Positions 1 to 38,740 are shown, counted from the first letter of the stretch. The stretch: 64,000 nucleotides of DNA from Macrostomum lignano (GCA_002269645.1 NIVC01000461.1:1-64000), one strand, 5' to 3'. Numbers and translations: made by a program. Notes: generated from the sequence alone by a model not told the origin.

Positions 1-150
1 GGGTCGAACCAACGACTGCACAACGCCGGAGCACACGGACTTTCTGGTTTCAACTGTGTAGTGAAAGGTAGCTGGGCAGGCATTGGAGCTTTGCTGTCAG
101 AATTTTCTCCTTATAATTAGAAAAGGGAATAAATTATGTTTTTAATCCTT

Positions 151-855
151 AGATTAGCAATCCACTGAGATTAGCAATCCACTGAGATTAGCAATCCTCT
201 GAGATTAGCAATCCACTGAGATTAGCAATCCACTGAGATTAGCAATCCACTGAGATTAGCAATCCACTGAGATTAGCAATCCACTGAGATTAGCAATCTA
301 CGAAGATTAGCAATCCACTGAGATTAGCAATCCTCTGAGATTAGCAATCCACTGAGATTAGCAATCCACTGAGATTAGCATCCACTGAGATTAGCAATCC
401 ACTGAGATTAGCAATCCACTGAGATTAGCAATCTACGAAGATTAGCAATCCACTGAGATTAGCAATCCACTGAGATTAGCAATCCACTGAGATTAGCAAT
501 CCACTGAGATTAGCAATCCACTGAGATTAGCAATCCACTGAGATTAGCAATCCACTGAGATTAGCAATCCACTGAGATTAGCAATCCACTGAGATTAGCA
601 ATCCACTGAGATTAGCAATCCACTGAGATTAGAAATCCACTGAGATTAGCAATCCACTGAGATTAGCAATCTACGAAGATTAGCAATCCACTGAGATTAG
701 CAATCCACTGAGATTAGCAATCCACTGAGATTAGCAATCCACTGAGATTAGCAATCTACGAAGATTAGCAATCCACTGAGATTAGCAATCCACTGAGATT
801 AGCAATCCACTGAGATTAGCAATCCACTGAGATTAGCAATCCTCTGAGATTAGAA
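151..855. repeat. 17-bp minisatellite (GATTAGCAATCCACTGA), about 41 copies
   Basis: Direct reading of the period. Confidence 0.97.
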
Positions 856-1199
856 ACCCTTAGCAAAAGGTAAGCCATGCACATTTTCCCCCTGACTTTC
901 AGAAGCAGTCCCACCGAGTCCCAGGTTAAACAACAAGCAAAGTGGTCAAGCGAACAGGCCATTTTGGATGCAAAAATAACACTGACTGATTCGATTCAAT
1001 GGCTGGACCACTGAAGCCCTAGCCGTTCCCTCAAGGTATTATTTTCAATGCGCATTACCTGTAGCTTGCTTCCCCCCAGGTGCTAATAATTCTCCTCCGC
1101 CGAATTATTTTTTGTTTAAATTCGTGCAATTATTTCTCGTCAGAATAATATCATCGTGCCTTGACCAATGATAGATAGCTAGTTTGTGTCATGCTAAAT

Positions 1200-1440
1200 T
1201 TTTTATTCTAGAATTTTATTCTACGTACAATTGCATATGTCCCGAGCCTAAAAAACATTAAAATGGCACGGCTCAGCTCATTGGTTTTATGAATCTATTT
1301 TTATCGTTTTTAGCTAACTGTGTAACAATATGTGTAACAGATATGATAAAATAAATTTATAAAACCAAAAAGTCGAGCTGCGCCGTGAGTTTTTATGATT
1401 TTTAGGTATATGGAATGTACGTAGAATACATAGAATCCTA
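1200..1440. repeat. Degenerate long palindrome (foldback/MITE-like)
   Basis: ATTCTACGTAC...CACGGCTCAGCTC...TTGGTTTTATGAA..TTTTATC is mirrored by GATAAAA..TTTATAAAACCAA..GAGCTGCGCCGTG...GTACGTAGAAT. Confidence 0.6.
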
Positions 1441-3857
1441 ATTTTCTATAAGAGCTATAAGAAAGGCACAACATATCAAAAGATGAACATTGGGTTTGCC
1501 TCCTATCGAAAGCAATAACAATTTTTGTGCTGAAAAAAATGAAAACTTCCTATCTCCGTAAGTGTATTTTTCGGCGAAAAACAGCCTTATAAACATTTTC
1601 TAAGAAACGAGGTTTCCCGTCCTCCTGCTTGAGTAGGCCTTGGCTACAAATTGTGACGCTGTTTGGCATTTGGGCTGCTTATGTAAAACACACGCTGGCA
1701 CATTATTGTTTTTAAAATTCCATAAAATGAGGCAATTTCTTTTCGGGTACACATTTTAGCCTTTCTTTTTCTAAGAAACGAATCTACCCGTCCATCTACT
1801 TCTAAGTGGTCCATAACCCAATGAAGCTGGAAAAGTTGAATTCTTCCTGAATCAAAGTTTCCTAAAACCAATTATACTGTTAGTAATTATTGCGTAATCA
1901 TGGAAAGCACCGCGCTTGCCTTTTAGCTGTTGCATTTTATAATTTGTGTACACTGAGTAAGAACTGGCTTGAGTGATAAAAATTATAATAAAGAAATTTA
2001 AAGAAGAAATTTAAAGAACACTCGACATCAGCGCCGTGCTACTATAAGTAGTTTTATTAACGATTTCTCAATTATGTTTAAAGGACTTAAGTCTGGTTAT
2101 CAGTGGTAGCTACGGCTCTATATAGGATTAAGGCCCCAACTGTGAAAATGGCTTCTAGTGTCCTGAAATGGGCCAAAAAACCTTTGATATCTTTGATACT
2201 GTGGATCCCCTACGAGCATAAAGACTATCTCTTCCTGAAAATTCCCCTCTATGGGGAGCTCCCCTCCCTGAAAATTGGAAAATTGGAAAAGTAGGATTCC
2301 CCCTACCTGAATCAACCACTCAATGAGGATCCTCCCCTACCTGAAGACTTCCCCTCCAGAGAACTCCCTATCACTGAACATTCCCGAGATCCTCCTCCTT
2401 GCGTACAAACCAGGCGGGAATGACTGGGTTTACTCCCAGCATAAAACGAATCAAATAATTTTGCTAGCTAAAATGTTGATCCCGCAGTTCGTAGTGCCCG
2501 CCCGAACAGGTTGCGAGCGCATCTCAATAAAACTGCCATTGAGCAACAGCTGGCTGGAGTAAAATTGCCAAGTATAAATGATAGCGAACAATGACTTGGT
2601 GAGGTCAGTCAGTGCGGATTAGCATAGGCTTAGGATTTGTAGCGGAATAGTAATCGCTGCATAGGATTAGGCAAAATGACATAAGCCTGGTTTTGCTGCG
2701 ACATAATTCTAGGAATTTTCTGAGTAAAAAAAGTGTCAAACTATATATTACTACGAGTACGAGAATGAGGGCTATACCGAAATTTAGTAAGCTTACTGGG
2801 CTTCTGCCATATTAGAATATTAAGAAGACAATAAGTGATTCGCAGGCCCCAAAGCGATCATTACTTATATTATTAGACATTAAATTAGGGTCGGGGCTGA
2901 GTGTAGATAAGATTAGTAAGGGTGGATTGCGCGACTGAGGGAAGAGAAAAAATTGAAGAGCCAATCAGAAGGCAGCGAGGGAGAGATAAGAATAGCAAGG
3001 TTGAACAAGACAGAGAGAAAACAGTAAACAAAGCCAAGAGCAGATGAACTGAATAGATTACTGAGAAAGTTGCGATAAGGGCTTCAATGAACATTCTAAT
3101 CTGGTCTTCAAATCCTACTTCAAGTTAAGGTCACGTGTAAAATAACTTTCTCAGTGTGAAAAATAATTACCGGCTTGCTTTTAGAGATTTGACTAAAGGC
3201 AAATTCACTTGATAGTAGAGTTAGTTGGGGTGTTTAAAGGTTCTAAGCTTTATAGCTTTTGGGTGTTTAACTATTGTTTAACAATGTCCCTTTTTGGCGC
3301 GAATTTGAACTGGATGTAGTTTAACTCAACTGGAACTTAACAAACATGAGCAGCAGCCAATAAAATAATTTCAAGCATTTCCTTCGTTCGTAACTTTCTA
3401 AGAAACAAGTTTCCAGTTCTACTTGAAGTAGTGGTCGTTGATAATTCTCGAATATGGACGAACTTTAGTAAAATAAAGGGAGAAAAACTAAAGTATAGGA
3501 ATTTAATCAGAACACATTTTATTCATAATTGTTCATTATAACAAGCAGTTACGCAATGTAATTCCGTCTATCGATCAGATAATTAGCATGACGTAGACTC
3601 CGACGGCTTGAAACATGACAAGCATCATTAGCAGTCCCAGGCCGATGACTGACAGGGGCACTGACATGTCCATCATGCTTCTCGATATGCGTGTGTGTTG
3701 AACTGGCTAAGTCGTATAATAATAGCTATAGCTACTAATAAATATCATATGCTCGAAGACCTCGAATGCGACACAAGCAACTTCAAATGTGGCCTTTTCT
3801 ACTGTGACTGGGGTTTAAAGGCCTAATAACGTTCTAAAAAAGAGTCGTCTATGGTCA

Positions 3858-4095
3858 AAAGCAGGGGTCCGCAAACTTTTTTACATCAGGGCCCAGATAT
3901 GAAGTCCAGCTCATGGATGCGGGCCAGGCGTGAGAGGAAAGGAGAGGGAGTAGAAAATGAGAGATGAGAGAAGAGAGGGAGAGGGAAGAGAAGATGAGAA
4001 GAGAGAAGAGAGGAGAAAAGAGGAGAGAAAAGAGGAAAGGGGATAGAAAAGAAGGGAGAGAGGACAAAGGAGAAGAGAAGAGAGCTGAGAAGAGA
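3858..4095 (+). mobile_element. Possible hAT/Charlie-like left end followed by a GA-rich tract
   Basis: CAGGGGTCCGCAAACTTTTT...AGGGCCCAGAT...GCGGGCC resembles Charlie-type termini. No matching right end was found. Confidence 0.3.
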
Positions 4096-4353
4096 CACAA
4101 ACCTTGAGTGGGTCGGATTGCTAGCTTGTATTTTGAAGCTTCAAAGGGCATATGGCACGAGGCACCAAATGCAAATCAAATGGTATAAGTGATCCTTTTC
4201 AGTTCAATATCAACAAAACTTGCATTCTATTTCGACAAGCTGACATTCATTTTCATCATTCTATATTTAGCGATATTTATTTATACTTCAACGGTCATTC
4301 AATTTCGGCAAGGACCCATTCAATTTCGGCAATTGGAAGTTCTATTTGTATAT

Positions 4354-5090
4354 TATACCTTTTTGCGATCTAGTTTGCCAAAACTGCAATCAATTTTGCC
4401 CGCGGAAAAATATCACTTATAATTTTGCTGTCTATACGCCAAGTCTGCTCAGTCATGACCAGAGTTTCAGCCACAGACAACTCTTTGAAAACTGCAATCA
4501 ATCTTGTCAAAACTGCGACCTATTTTGCCCATAGCAAAGAAAAAACCACAGACATGCATAGCAAGATCAAAGAATTGCCCAGCGTGGACCTTATAACAGG
4601 ATTTCAGCGAAGGACCGGCAGCGATTGATTCAAGCATATCAGGATGGAGAGGACTGGCAAGATTTCGGTAGGCTGTTGGGCATCTCACGAAGAACCGTGA
4701 CTTACATAGTTGGACAATTCAACGCAACCGGTCGTATAGAGCCTCTGCCTCGCGGAGGTGCCAAGCGGAGGTCCCTTAACAATGCTATGATTGAGAGCAT
4801 TTGTGCCCACGTCTACCATTATAAACTCGCTGTTTATTGTTCACTGTTACAGTTTATTTCGTCACACTTCCGAATTGATTCTCAATAAAAAATCTTTTTG
4901 GCTTGCTATGGGCAAACTAGGTCGCAGTTTTGGCAAAATTGATCGCAGTTTTCAAAGAGTTGTCTGTGGCTGAAACTCTGGTCATGACTGAGCAGACTTG
5001 GCCTAGACAGCAAAACTATAAGTGATATTTTTATGCGGGCAAAATTGATAGCAGTTTTGGCAAAGTACTGGTAGATCGCAAAAAGGTATA
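4354..5090 (+). mobile_element. Internally deleted Tc1/mariner (ITm)-type DNA transposon with TIRs of about 190-200 bp
   Basis: About 4354-4545 is the reverse complement of about 4885-5090, with TATA at both ends. The internal frame about 4570-4830 encodes RGPYNRISAKDRQRLIQAYQDGEDW..LGISRRTVTYIV..TGRIEPLPRGG, an N-terminal HTH typical of ITm transposases. No DDE domain is present. Confidence 0.8.
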
Positions 5091-6246
5091 TTACATAGGC
5101 TTTAAGGGCGATAATGGGAAAGCCAGAGGGCGCCGAAGGGATTTCTCATTATCGCCCGCAAATCCTGGGTAATACTGTGATTGTATCATGACTTCGTGGC
5201 TATCGGGCGGGCTGATATTCGATTATTGCCATAGACGGTTTCATTTTGGCCCGAAAAGTCGGGCCGATAATGGATTATTTCCTTTATTCTTTCTCTTACA
5301 GTTGAACTGCATAGTTTTCTCACTAAATCAATAAATCAATCAATCAATCAATAAATCAATAGATAATGGGCAGATAATAGATAACGCGTCAGCGGAATGG
5401 GCAGAATTGCCGGGACGATGTCGCCGAAGGCGTTGACGTGCTACGGTGCCCACATCCCTCCTGCAAATATTTCAATTTATATCTGTAATCTTGATGGACT
5501 CAAATCAGTTTAGAGCTATTCAGACACGGTCAGTGTACAATGAATTAAGCAATAATTAATATATACTGTCGTATGGTTACCAGAAAGTACAATCATTAAA
5601 TAACATAGCTTATATTTCAGAATAGTTTTAGTTTGCCAGAACTAAAAGCTGTTTCAGACGAATGATAATCATAAACATATAATGTTGCATTAATATTAGC
5701 ATTCGATCGTTGTTTTAATCGCAAAAAAAGTTAACTTGTCAGAAAAAATGTATTTCCAAGGGTCACATTGACTGTAGTGGATTCATTCCATTATTTGCTG
5801 CATTTTGATTTAAAAAGCTCGTACATTGCTACTGCACAGACTGATAAGTAGAGAGTAAAGCGCGAGAATAACAAATTTAAGTGGTAAAATGGAAGATTTC
5901 ATAATCGGGGTCGTTGGGGTGTTTGCTTTTGAATTTACTTTAGTTTTTGAGCAGTGTAAGAAGCACTGCGGACAGATCCAATTGTGTAATTATAAAACTG
6001 AGTCATTTTTTAGTCTATCAACCCAATTCGTATTGTGGAATATCAGGTGCACTCGCAGGCAAGATGATTGCATGGACCAACTCAAGCAGTAGGACGTTAC
6101 ACAGGCAAATCGTGCAAATCGTTTGATGATTCGGTGCTTCCGGAAACTTGCAGAGAAAACAGGCGGTTCGCACGGTCTGCAAGTGTAGCGGTCTTCTGCT
6201 TTAGCGGGTCTTCTGCTTTAGCGGTCCATGGTCCATTGATGGACGG

Positions 6247-31996
<25,750 letters not shown>

Positions 31997-32786
31997 CGGT
32001 CAGAAATCACGCAGCGATGAAACAGACGCGGGAGTGGCGCACGAGTAAGTTTGGGGGGGATAATTCTGATGTAGGAAGCTGAGCCGACGAGGGGATTTTC
32101 TCAGCGTTGAGGGGATTAAAATCCCTCCCGAAAAGGCGCAGTCGTTGGAGACTGTAGCAGCCTGTCCTGTGTCTTGTTTTCCTTTCTGTCAAAAGTCAAG
32201 AAATAGCCTGAGCTGGGGGGGGGGCTCCGACAGGCTTTGATCCGCCTCTGAACGAATCGCGGTGCGAGCTGATGGATGGCCTTCAATTACTCCCGGCCTG
32301 CAGGGCGGATTCTCCAGCAGCTCGAGGTGCAGCAGCAGGTTGCGGCTGTTCAAGGCGGCAGCCCCTGAGTCAACAGCGAGTCCGGCCGAGGCAGGGGCCC
32401 GCTCCGAGCCGCCCAATCATCATGGCAAACAATTCGCAGCAGAAAGGAGGGAGATGAGGCCCTGCTGAATATGTAGACACAGTTCTTCCTCTTCTTCTGC
32501 AATTTCTGCTTCTGCCGGCTTGTGTGGTGGCTTCGGTTTAAGTGAATTTATTTTTTTACCCACTCTGCTTGCCTGGTGGCAGTTTCTTGACTGACCAGCC
32601 GAACCTTCTCTCTTGCGCTTTTCTTGGATCCGCTTTGACTAACTTTAGCAGCCTAATCCCTGCTGGCCTCCTATTGGCTGTTCGGCTAGCCAATGAGAGG
32701 ACGTGGTTGGAGTTTCAATTGTCAGAAATGATTAGAGAGCCATTGTGAAAGTAATGCACAGGGATGGATTGAGGTGATGGAGAACC

Positions 32787-33190
32787 GGGATCTATTTTGT
32801 GTGTCCGGGATATACTTTGGGCGCCAGGATCTAATTTGGGTATCCGGGATGTGCTTTGAGTGTCCAAGAAATGTTTTTGTTGTCCTGGATCCATTTTGAG
32901 TGTCCGGGATCTGCTTTGGGTGTCCGGGATCTGCTTTGGGTGTCCAGGATCTGCTTTGGGTGTCCGGGATCTGCTTTGGGTGTCCGGGATCTGCTTTGGG
33001 TGTCCGGGATCTGCTTTGGGTGTCCGGGATCTGCTTTGGGTGTCCAGGATCTGCTTTGGGTGTCCGGGATCTGCTTTGGGTGTCCGGGATCTGCTTTGGG
33101 TGTCCAGGATCTGCTTTGGGTGTCCGGGATCTGCTTTGGGTGTCCAGGATCTGCTTTGGGTGTCCGGGATCTGCTTTGGGTGTCCGGAGT
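32787..33190. repeat. 20-bp minisatellite (TGTCCGGGATCTGCTTTGGG)
   Basis: Direct reading. Confidence 0.96.
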
Positions 33191-33738
33191 GCCACTTTAG
33201 GTGTCAGGGTGAGGCAGACGGGGGCAATAACTATCAGATAAACCGTCAGCTTGAAGCCACATGAACGCTGCACTGCACTGCGATCTCGAGCCAGCTGTAG
33301 GGTAGCCAATTCGAATTTCGTGGAAGCGAGGCAATTTCTTTCTCAGGACGGCGCATCGACCCAGTTTTGCGGCCCGGACAAAACAACCGAGGCCAAAGCT
33401 TGGCTTGAAGCTACTCCTAAGCTGCTCGCGACTGCCAGGAGAAATTAAGTAACAGCATAACAGCATAATCCCTACTGCTAACATCTTTTATCTTCGCTGC
33501 AAGTGGCCCTGCGCCAGCACTTGGCCCGCAATTTCCTATTATTTGGCCTCAAATTCGATAATTCCGCACTGTTTAACAAGCCAATTTTGCCGGATTTTTT
33601 GTAGCGGGCGGCTGGAATTTCCGCGAGGCTGGGTCCACTGAAATCATTTTTTAGGTTCAAAGGTTGAAACTTTATCCTTGAGTGAAACTGAACCAGTTAA
33701 CAGCAATTTGGTTCTCTGTTCGACTGACTGACGGGAGA

Positions 33739-35532
33739 GGCGCCAAACTTGATGATATGGGCGCCAAACTTGACGATATGGGCGCCAAACTTGATGATAT
33801 GGGCGCCAAACTTAATGACGTGGGCGCCAAACTTGACGATATTCGAGACGCAAACTGTGAGACAGGACAGGCGCCAAACTGTGAGACAGGACAGGCGCCA
33901 AACTGTGAGACAGGACAGGCGCCAAACTGTGAGACAGGACAGGCGCCAAACTGTGAGACAGGACAGGCGCCAAACTGTGAGACAGGACAGGCGCCAAACT
34001 GTGAGACAGGACAGGCGCCAAACTGTGAGACAGGACAGGCGCCAAACTGTGAGACAGGACAGGCGCCAAACTGTGAGACAGGACAGGCGCCAAACTGTGA
34101 GACAGGAGGGCGCCAAACTGTGATACAGGAGGTCGCCAAACTGTGAGACAGGACAGGCGCCAAACTGTGAGACAGGAGGGGCGCCAAACTGTGAGACAGG
34201 ACAGGCGCCAAACTGTGAGACAGGACAGGCGCCAAACTGTGAGACAGGACAGGCGCCAAACTGTGAGACAGGACAGGCGCCAAACTGTGAGACTGTAGGG
34301 GCGCCAAACTGTGAGACAGGACAGGCGCCAAACTGTGAGACAGGACAGGCTCCAAACTGTGAGACTGTAGGGGCGCCAAACTGTGAGACAGGACAGGCGC
34401 CAAACTGTGAGACAGGACAGGCGCCAAACTGTGAGACAGGACAGGCGCCAAACTGTGAGACAGGACAGGCGCCAAACTGTGAGACAGGACAGGCGCCAAA
34501 CTGTGAGACAGGACAGGCGCCAAACTGTGAGACTGTAGGGGCGCCAAACTGTGAGACAGGACAGGCGCCAAACTGTGAGACAGGACAGGCTCCAAACTGT
34601 GAGACTATAGGGGCGCCAAACTGTGAGACAGGACAGGCGCCAAACTGTGAGACAGGACAGGCGCCAAACTGTGAGACAGGACAGGCGCCAAACTGTGAGA
34701 CAGGACAGGCGCCAAACTGTGAGACAGGACAGGCGCCAAACTGTGAGACTGTAGGGGCGCCAAACTGTGAGACAGGACAGGCGCCAAACTGTGAGACAGG
34801 ACAGGCTCCAAACTGTGAGACTGTAGGGGCGCCAAACTGTGAGACAGGACAGGCGCCAAACTGTGAGACAGGACAGGCGCCAAACTGTGAGACAGGACAG
34901 GCGCCAAACTGTGAGACAGGACAGGCGCCAAACTGTGAGACAGGACAGGCGCCAAACTGTGAGACAGGACAGGCGCCAAACTGTGAGACTGTAGGGGCGC
35001 CAAACTGTGAGACAGGACAGGCGCCAAACTGTGAGACAGGACAGGCTCCAAACTGTGAGACTATAGGGGCGCCAAACTGTGAGACAGGACAGGCGCCAAA
35101 CTGTGAGACAGGACAGGCGCCAAACTGTGAGACAGGACAGGCGCCAAACTGTGAGACAGGACAGGCGCCAAACTGTGAGACAGGACAGGCGCCAAACTGT
35201 GAGACAGGAGGGCGCCAAACTGTGATACAGGAGGTCGCCAAACTGTGAGACAGGACAGGCGCCAAACTGTGAGACAGGAGGGGCGCCAAACTGTGAGACA
35301 GGACAGGCGCCAAACTGTGAGACAGGACAGGCGCCAAACTGTGAGACAGGACAGGCGCCAAACTGTGAGACAGGACAGGCGCCAAACTGTGAGACAGGAC
35401 AGGCGCCAAACTGTGAGACAGGACAGGCGCCAAACTGTGAGACAGGACAGGCGCCAAACTGTGAGACAGGACAGGCGCCAAACTGTGAGACAGGACAGGC
35501 GCCAAACTGTGAGACAGGAGGGGCGCCAAACT
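33739..35532. repeat. Compound array: 21-bp (GGCGCCAAACTTGATGATATG) then 24-bp (GGCGCCAAACTGTGAGACAGGACA) with higher-order structure
   Basis: Direct reading; the GGCTCC variant recurs about every 216-240 bp. Confidence 0.97.
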
Positions 35533-36231
35533 GAGATCTGAATCTGTCAGAAGAGAAGCCAGTGGGTATTTCACCGACTCCCAAATCCTTTCGCTAAGGC
35601 AGTGCGGCGCCAGAGTTCAGATACGGGCAGCAGCAGCAGCAGAAATGCCCACCAACTGAGTCGATAGCGACGGCCCGCTGCCCCTGAAACCGTGGCGCCC
35701 CCAGCCCGCGCGCAGAGCCGGAACTCAATTCCGCTTATTCAGTTAAACGCAGCTCGATCCCAATACGTCTTTCGCGTCGTCGCAAAGATGAAGGGGGTTG
35801 TTTAGAATTGCGTAATCCCCCGACTCGAAATCCCAAAAACTCGTCTCCCCGCCCCCCTCCCTCAACACGGTCGCTTGGGCTCTTGATGCGATGCTGATGT
35901 AATTGATAGTAGCGAGTGGACAAGCAGCGAGCCCGCTGGCAGATCAAATATCGGAGTGGCTGCTTGGCGGCCGCAGATATCTGATTGCGGATACCGCTGG
36001 CAGGGGACCAGCCGCTTGATTATAAGCTGATTTGCAAGTCTTGAGGCTTGCGACAGCCCAGCGCACGGATCACTCAGACCATGGAGCTTTAATAAATAAG
36101 CAACACGCAGTGCGAACTGACTGATGCAGACTTGCATTACAATCAAAGACGTCAGTTGTGAAATGGCTCATTTTTTGGTGACTCTTTACGAGTATGCTGG
36201 TCAACCTGCATGTGCCCAGACCTGATTATAT

Positions 36232-37038
36232 GGCGCCAAGCTGGAAGTCAGGAGAAGCGCCAAACTGGAAGTCAGGAGAGGCGCCAAACTGGAAGTCAGG
36301 AGAGGCGCCAAACTGGAAGTCAGGAGAGGCGCCAAACTGGAAGTCAGGAGAGGCGCCAAACTGGAAGTCAGGAGAGGCGCCAAACTGGAAGTCAGGAGAG
36401 GCGCCAAACTGGAAGTCAGGAGAGGCGCCAAGCTGTGAGTCAGGAGAGGCGCCAAACTGGAAGTCAGGAGAGGCGCCAAGCTGTGAGTCAGGAGAGGCGC
36501 CAAACTGGAAGTCAGGAGAAGCGCCAAACTGGAAGTCAGGAGAGGCGCCAAACTGGAAGTCAGGAGAGGCGCCAAGCTGTGAGTCAGGAGAGGCGCCAAA
36601 CTGGAAGTCAGGAGAGGCGCCAAACTGGAAGTCAGGAGAGGCGCCAAACTGGAAGTCAGGAGAGGCGCCAAGCTGTGAGTCAGGAGAGGCGCCAAACTGG
36701 AAGTCAGGAGAGGCGCCAAACTGGAAGTCAGGAGAGGCGCCAAACGGGAAGTCAGGAGAGGCGCCAAACTGGAAGTCAGGAGAGGCGCCAAGCTGTGAGT
36801 CAGGAGAGGCGCCAAGCTGGAAGTCAGGAGAGGCGCCAAACTGGAAGTCAGGAGAGGCGCCAAGCTGGAAGTCAGGAGAGGCGCCAAGCTGTGAGACGGG
36901 AGAGGCGCCAAGCTGGAAGTCAGGAGAGGCGCCAAACTGTGAGACGGGAGAGGCGCCAAACTGGAAGTCAGGAGAGGCGCCAAGCTGGAAGTCAGGAGAG
37001 GCGCCAAGCTGTGAGACGGGAGAGGCGCCAAGCTGGAA
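36232..37038. repeat. 24-bp minisatellite (GGCGCCAAACTGGAAGTCAGGAGA)
   Basis: Direct reading. Confidence 0.97.
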
Positions 37039-37585
37039 GAACTCAGCGTTGATCTGAATGAAAAACTCTAAGTAAAACAAGGGTCCGTCCATAGTGCTTG
37101 TCAGTACCAGATGTTTCACGCAGAACTCCATGCGAGCTCAGACTTCCCCAGACTCCAAACCAGATTGATGAAGCACAGAGTCAGCGCAACAAAATTATAC
37201 AGTCAGATCGCGTGTCGAACCCAAAAAACTAAGATATTGATGTATCCTCTGAGCATGGACAGTTGGCTGTTGTCCATGATTCTGACCGAGCGAATTAGCC
37301 GCAAGAAAAAGCGCACAACTCAATTAGGAGTTTGCATACGCGATGAAAATTCAAAACAGTAAATTGAATTTGTCGTACTAAATATTGCTTTTGGCAGTCA
37401 ATTCGAGTCAAGCCGATTCAGCACAGAATCCCCCAATTCGCTGCAGCAGCAGCCACTGCCGCGGAACTGGTCTCGGCCATAGACAATAAAAAAGACAATC
37501 AAATTGACAGCTCGCAATTCCAAGCCCACACTGGGATCTATTTCGGGTGTCCGGGATCACCTAATCGGTTGGGGTGGGATTTACT

Positions 37586-37740
37586 TTAGGTGTCCGGAGT
37601 GCCACTTTATGTGTCAGAAGTGCCACTTTAGGTGCCTGGAGTGCCACTTTAGGTGCCTGGAGTGCCACTTTAGGTGCCTGGAGTGCCACTTTAGGTGTCA
37701 GAAGTGCCACTTTAGGTGTCTGGAGTGCCACTTTAGGTGT
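37586..37740. repeat. 21-bp minisatellite (GAGTGCCACTTTAGGTGCCTG)
   Basis: Direct reading. Confidence 0.93.
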
Positions 37741-38607
37741 CAAAGTGAAAAGATGCGCCACTCCAGCCGCCTGACCGCAGCGCGAAAACCCACGGTTAAG
37801 ACCATAGACTAAAGCTTCTGCTGCTCTCAAGCCTTGGCTCTCAATCTTTGTTCCATTCAAATATTTTTCATTTCTGACACCCGCTGCTGAATTTTAATAG
37901 AATCGTCAATTTGATTGGTTTTACTGTCCATTTGGCAATCTGACAAAGGAGAGAATGACTTACAAACACTGCAGGGCAGAGACAGAGCAACGAGCCAAAG
38001 CAGATGCATATCGTTATTAATTTTTTTATACAATGTAGCACGCGCAGGTTCTATATGCGATTAAAAAAGCACTGCGCCATTAGCTGCGACAGAGGTTCGA
38101 AGTGCCGAGAATCATTCGAATTTATAAATGCATTTTTTCACTACAAGCCTTGGCATCCAATAGACTTTCACTTGATCAGCCTGCGTTGCTAAACTAGAGA
38201 CAGAAGTTTTTATATTCCAAATATTTACTTGCACCGCCAATGACTGAAAGCATCGCAATTATTCGCTTCGACGATGAGGTAAAAAGTCAGCTGATAATAC
38301 GGTGTCACTGGGTGCAGTTGGCGGGCTGTCTGTCTGCATTATGCCAAGTGCTGGACCAATGCTATTGCAATTTCAATCCAGCCGCAGTTGTTGGCTCTCG
38401 ACTAAAATTGAGAATAAAGAGTGAGACCCGACGAATATTTGGTTAGGGAGGGCAGGAAATCTGGGCGGAAAAGACTGCGCGGTGAATGTTGAGACAAGAG
38501 AAGCGGAAATACAGAAACAGAGAGGTTTGAGTAAACTAATGGCTAGTCGAGTCAAAAAACAGATATGGGCAATTACGACTGACTGGCAAACAGACTGAGA
38601 GACTTCA

Positions 38608-38628
38608 CAGACAGACAGACAGACACTA

Positions 38629-38661
<33 letters not shown>

Positions 38662-38664
38662 CTA

Positions 38665-38731
<67 letters not shown>

Positions 38732-38740
38732 TAGAAAGAC

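Noticed and set aside
1644-1871. 75-aa ORF and other 60-100 aa ORFs in unique DNA
   Set aside because: No recognisable homology or splice support; within chance expectation.
32189-32468. Short GC-rich ORFs upstream of the Ig start
   Set aside because: No recognisable domain or consistent splice sites; more likely 5' UTR or promoter.
33672-37131. 280-625 aa repetitive ORFs (QFGACPVS, SGEAPNWK etc.)
   Set aside because: 24-bp arrays open in several frames on both strands; no flanking coding evidence.
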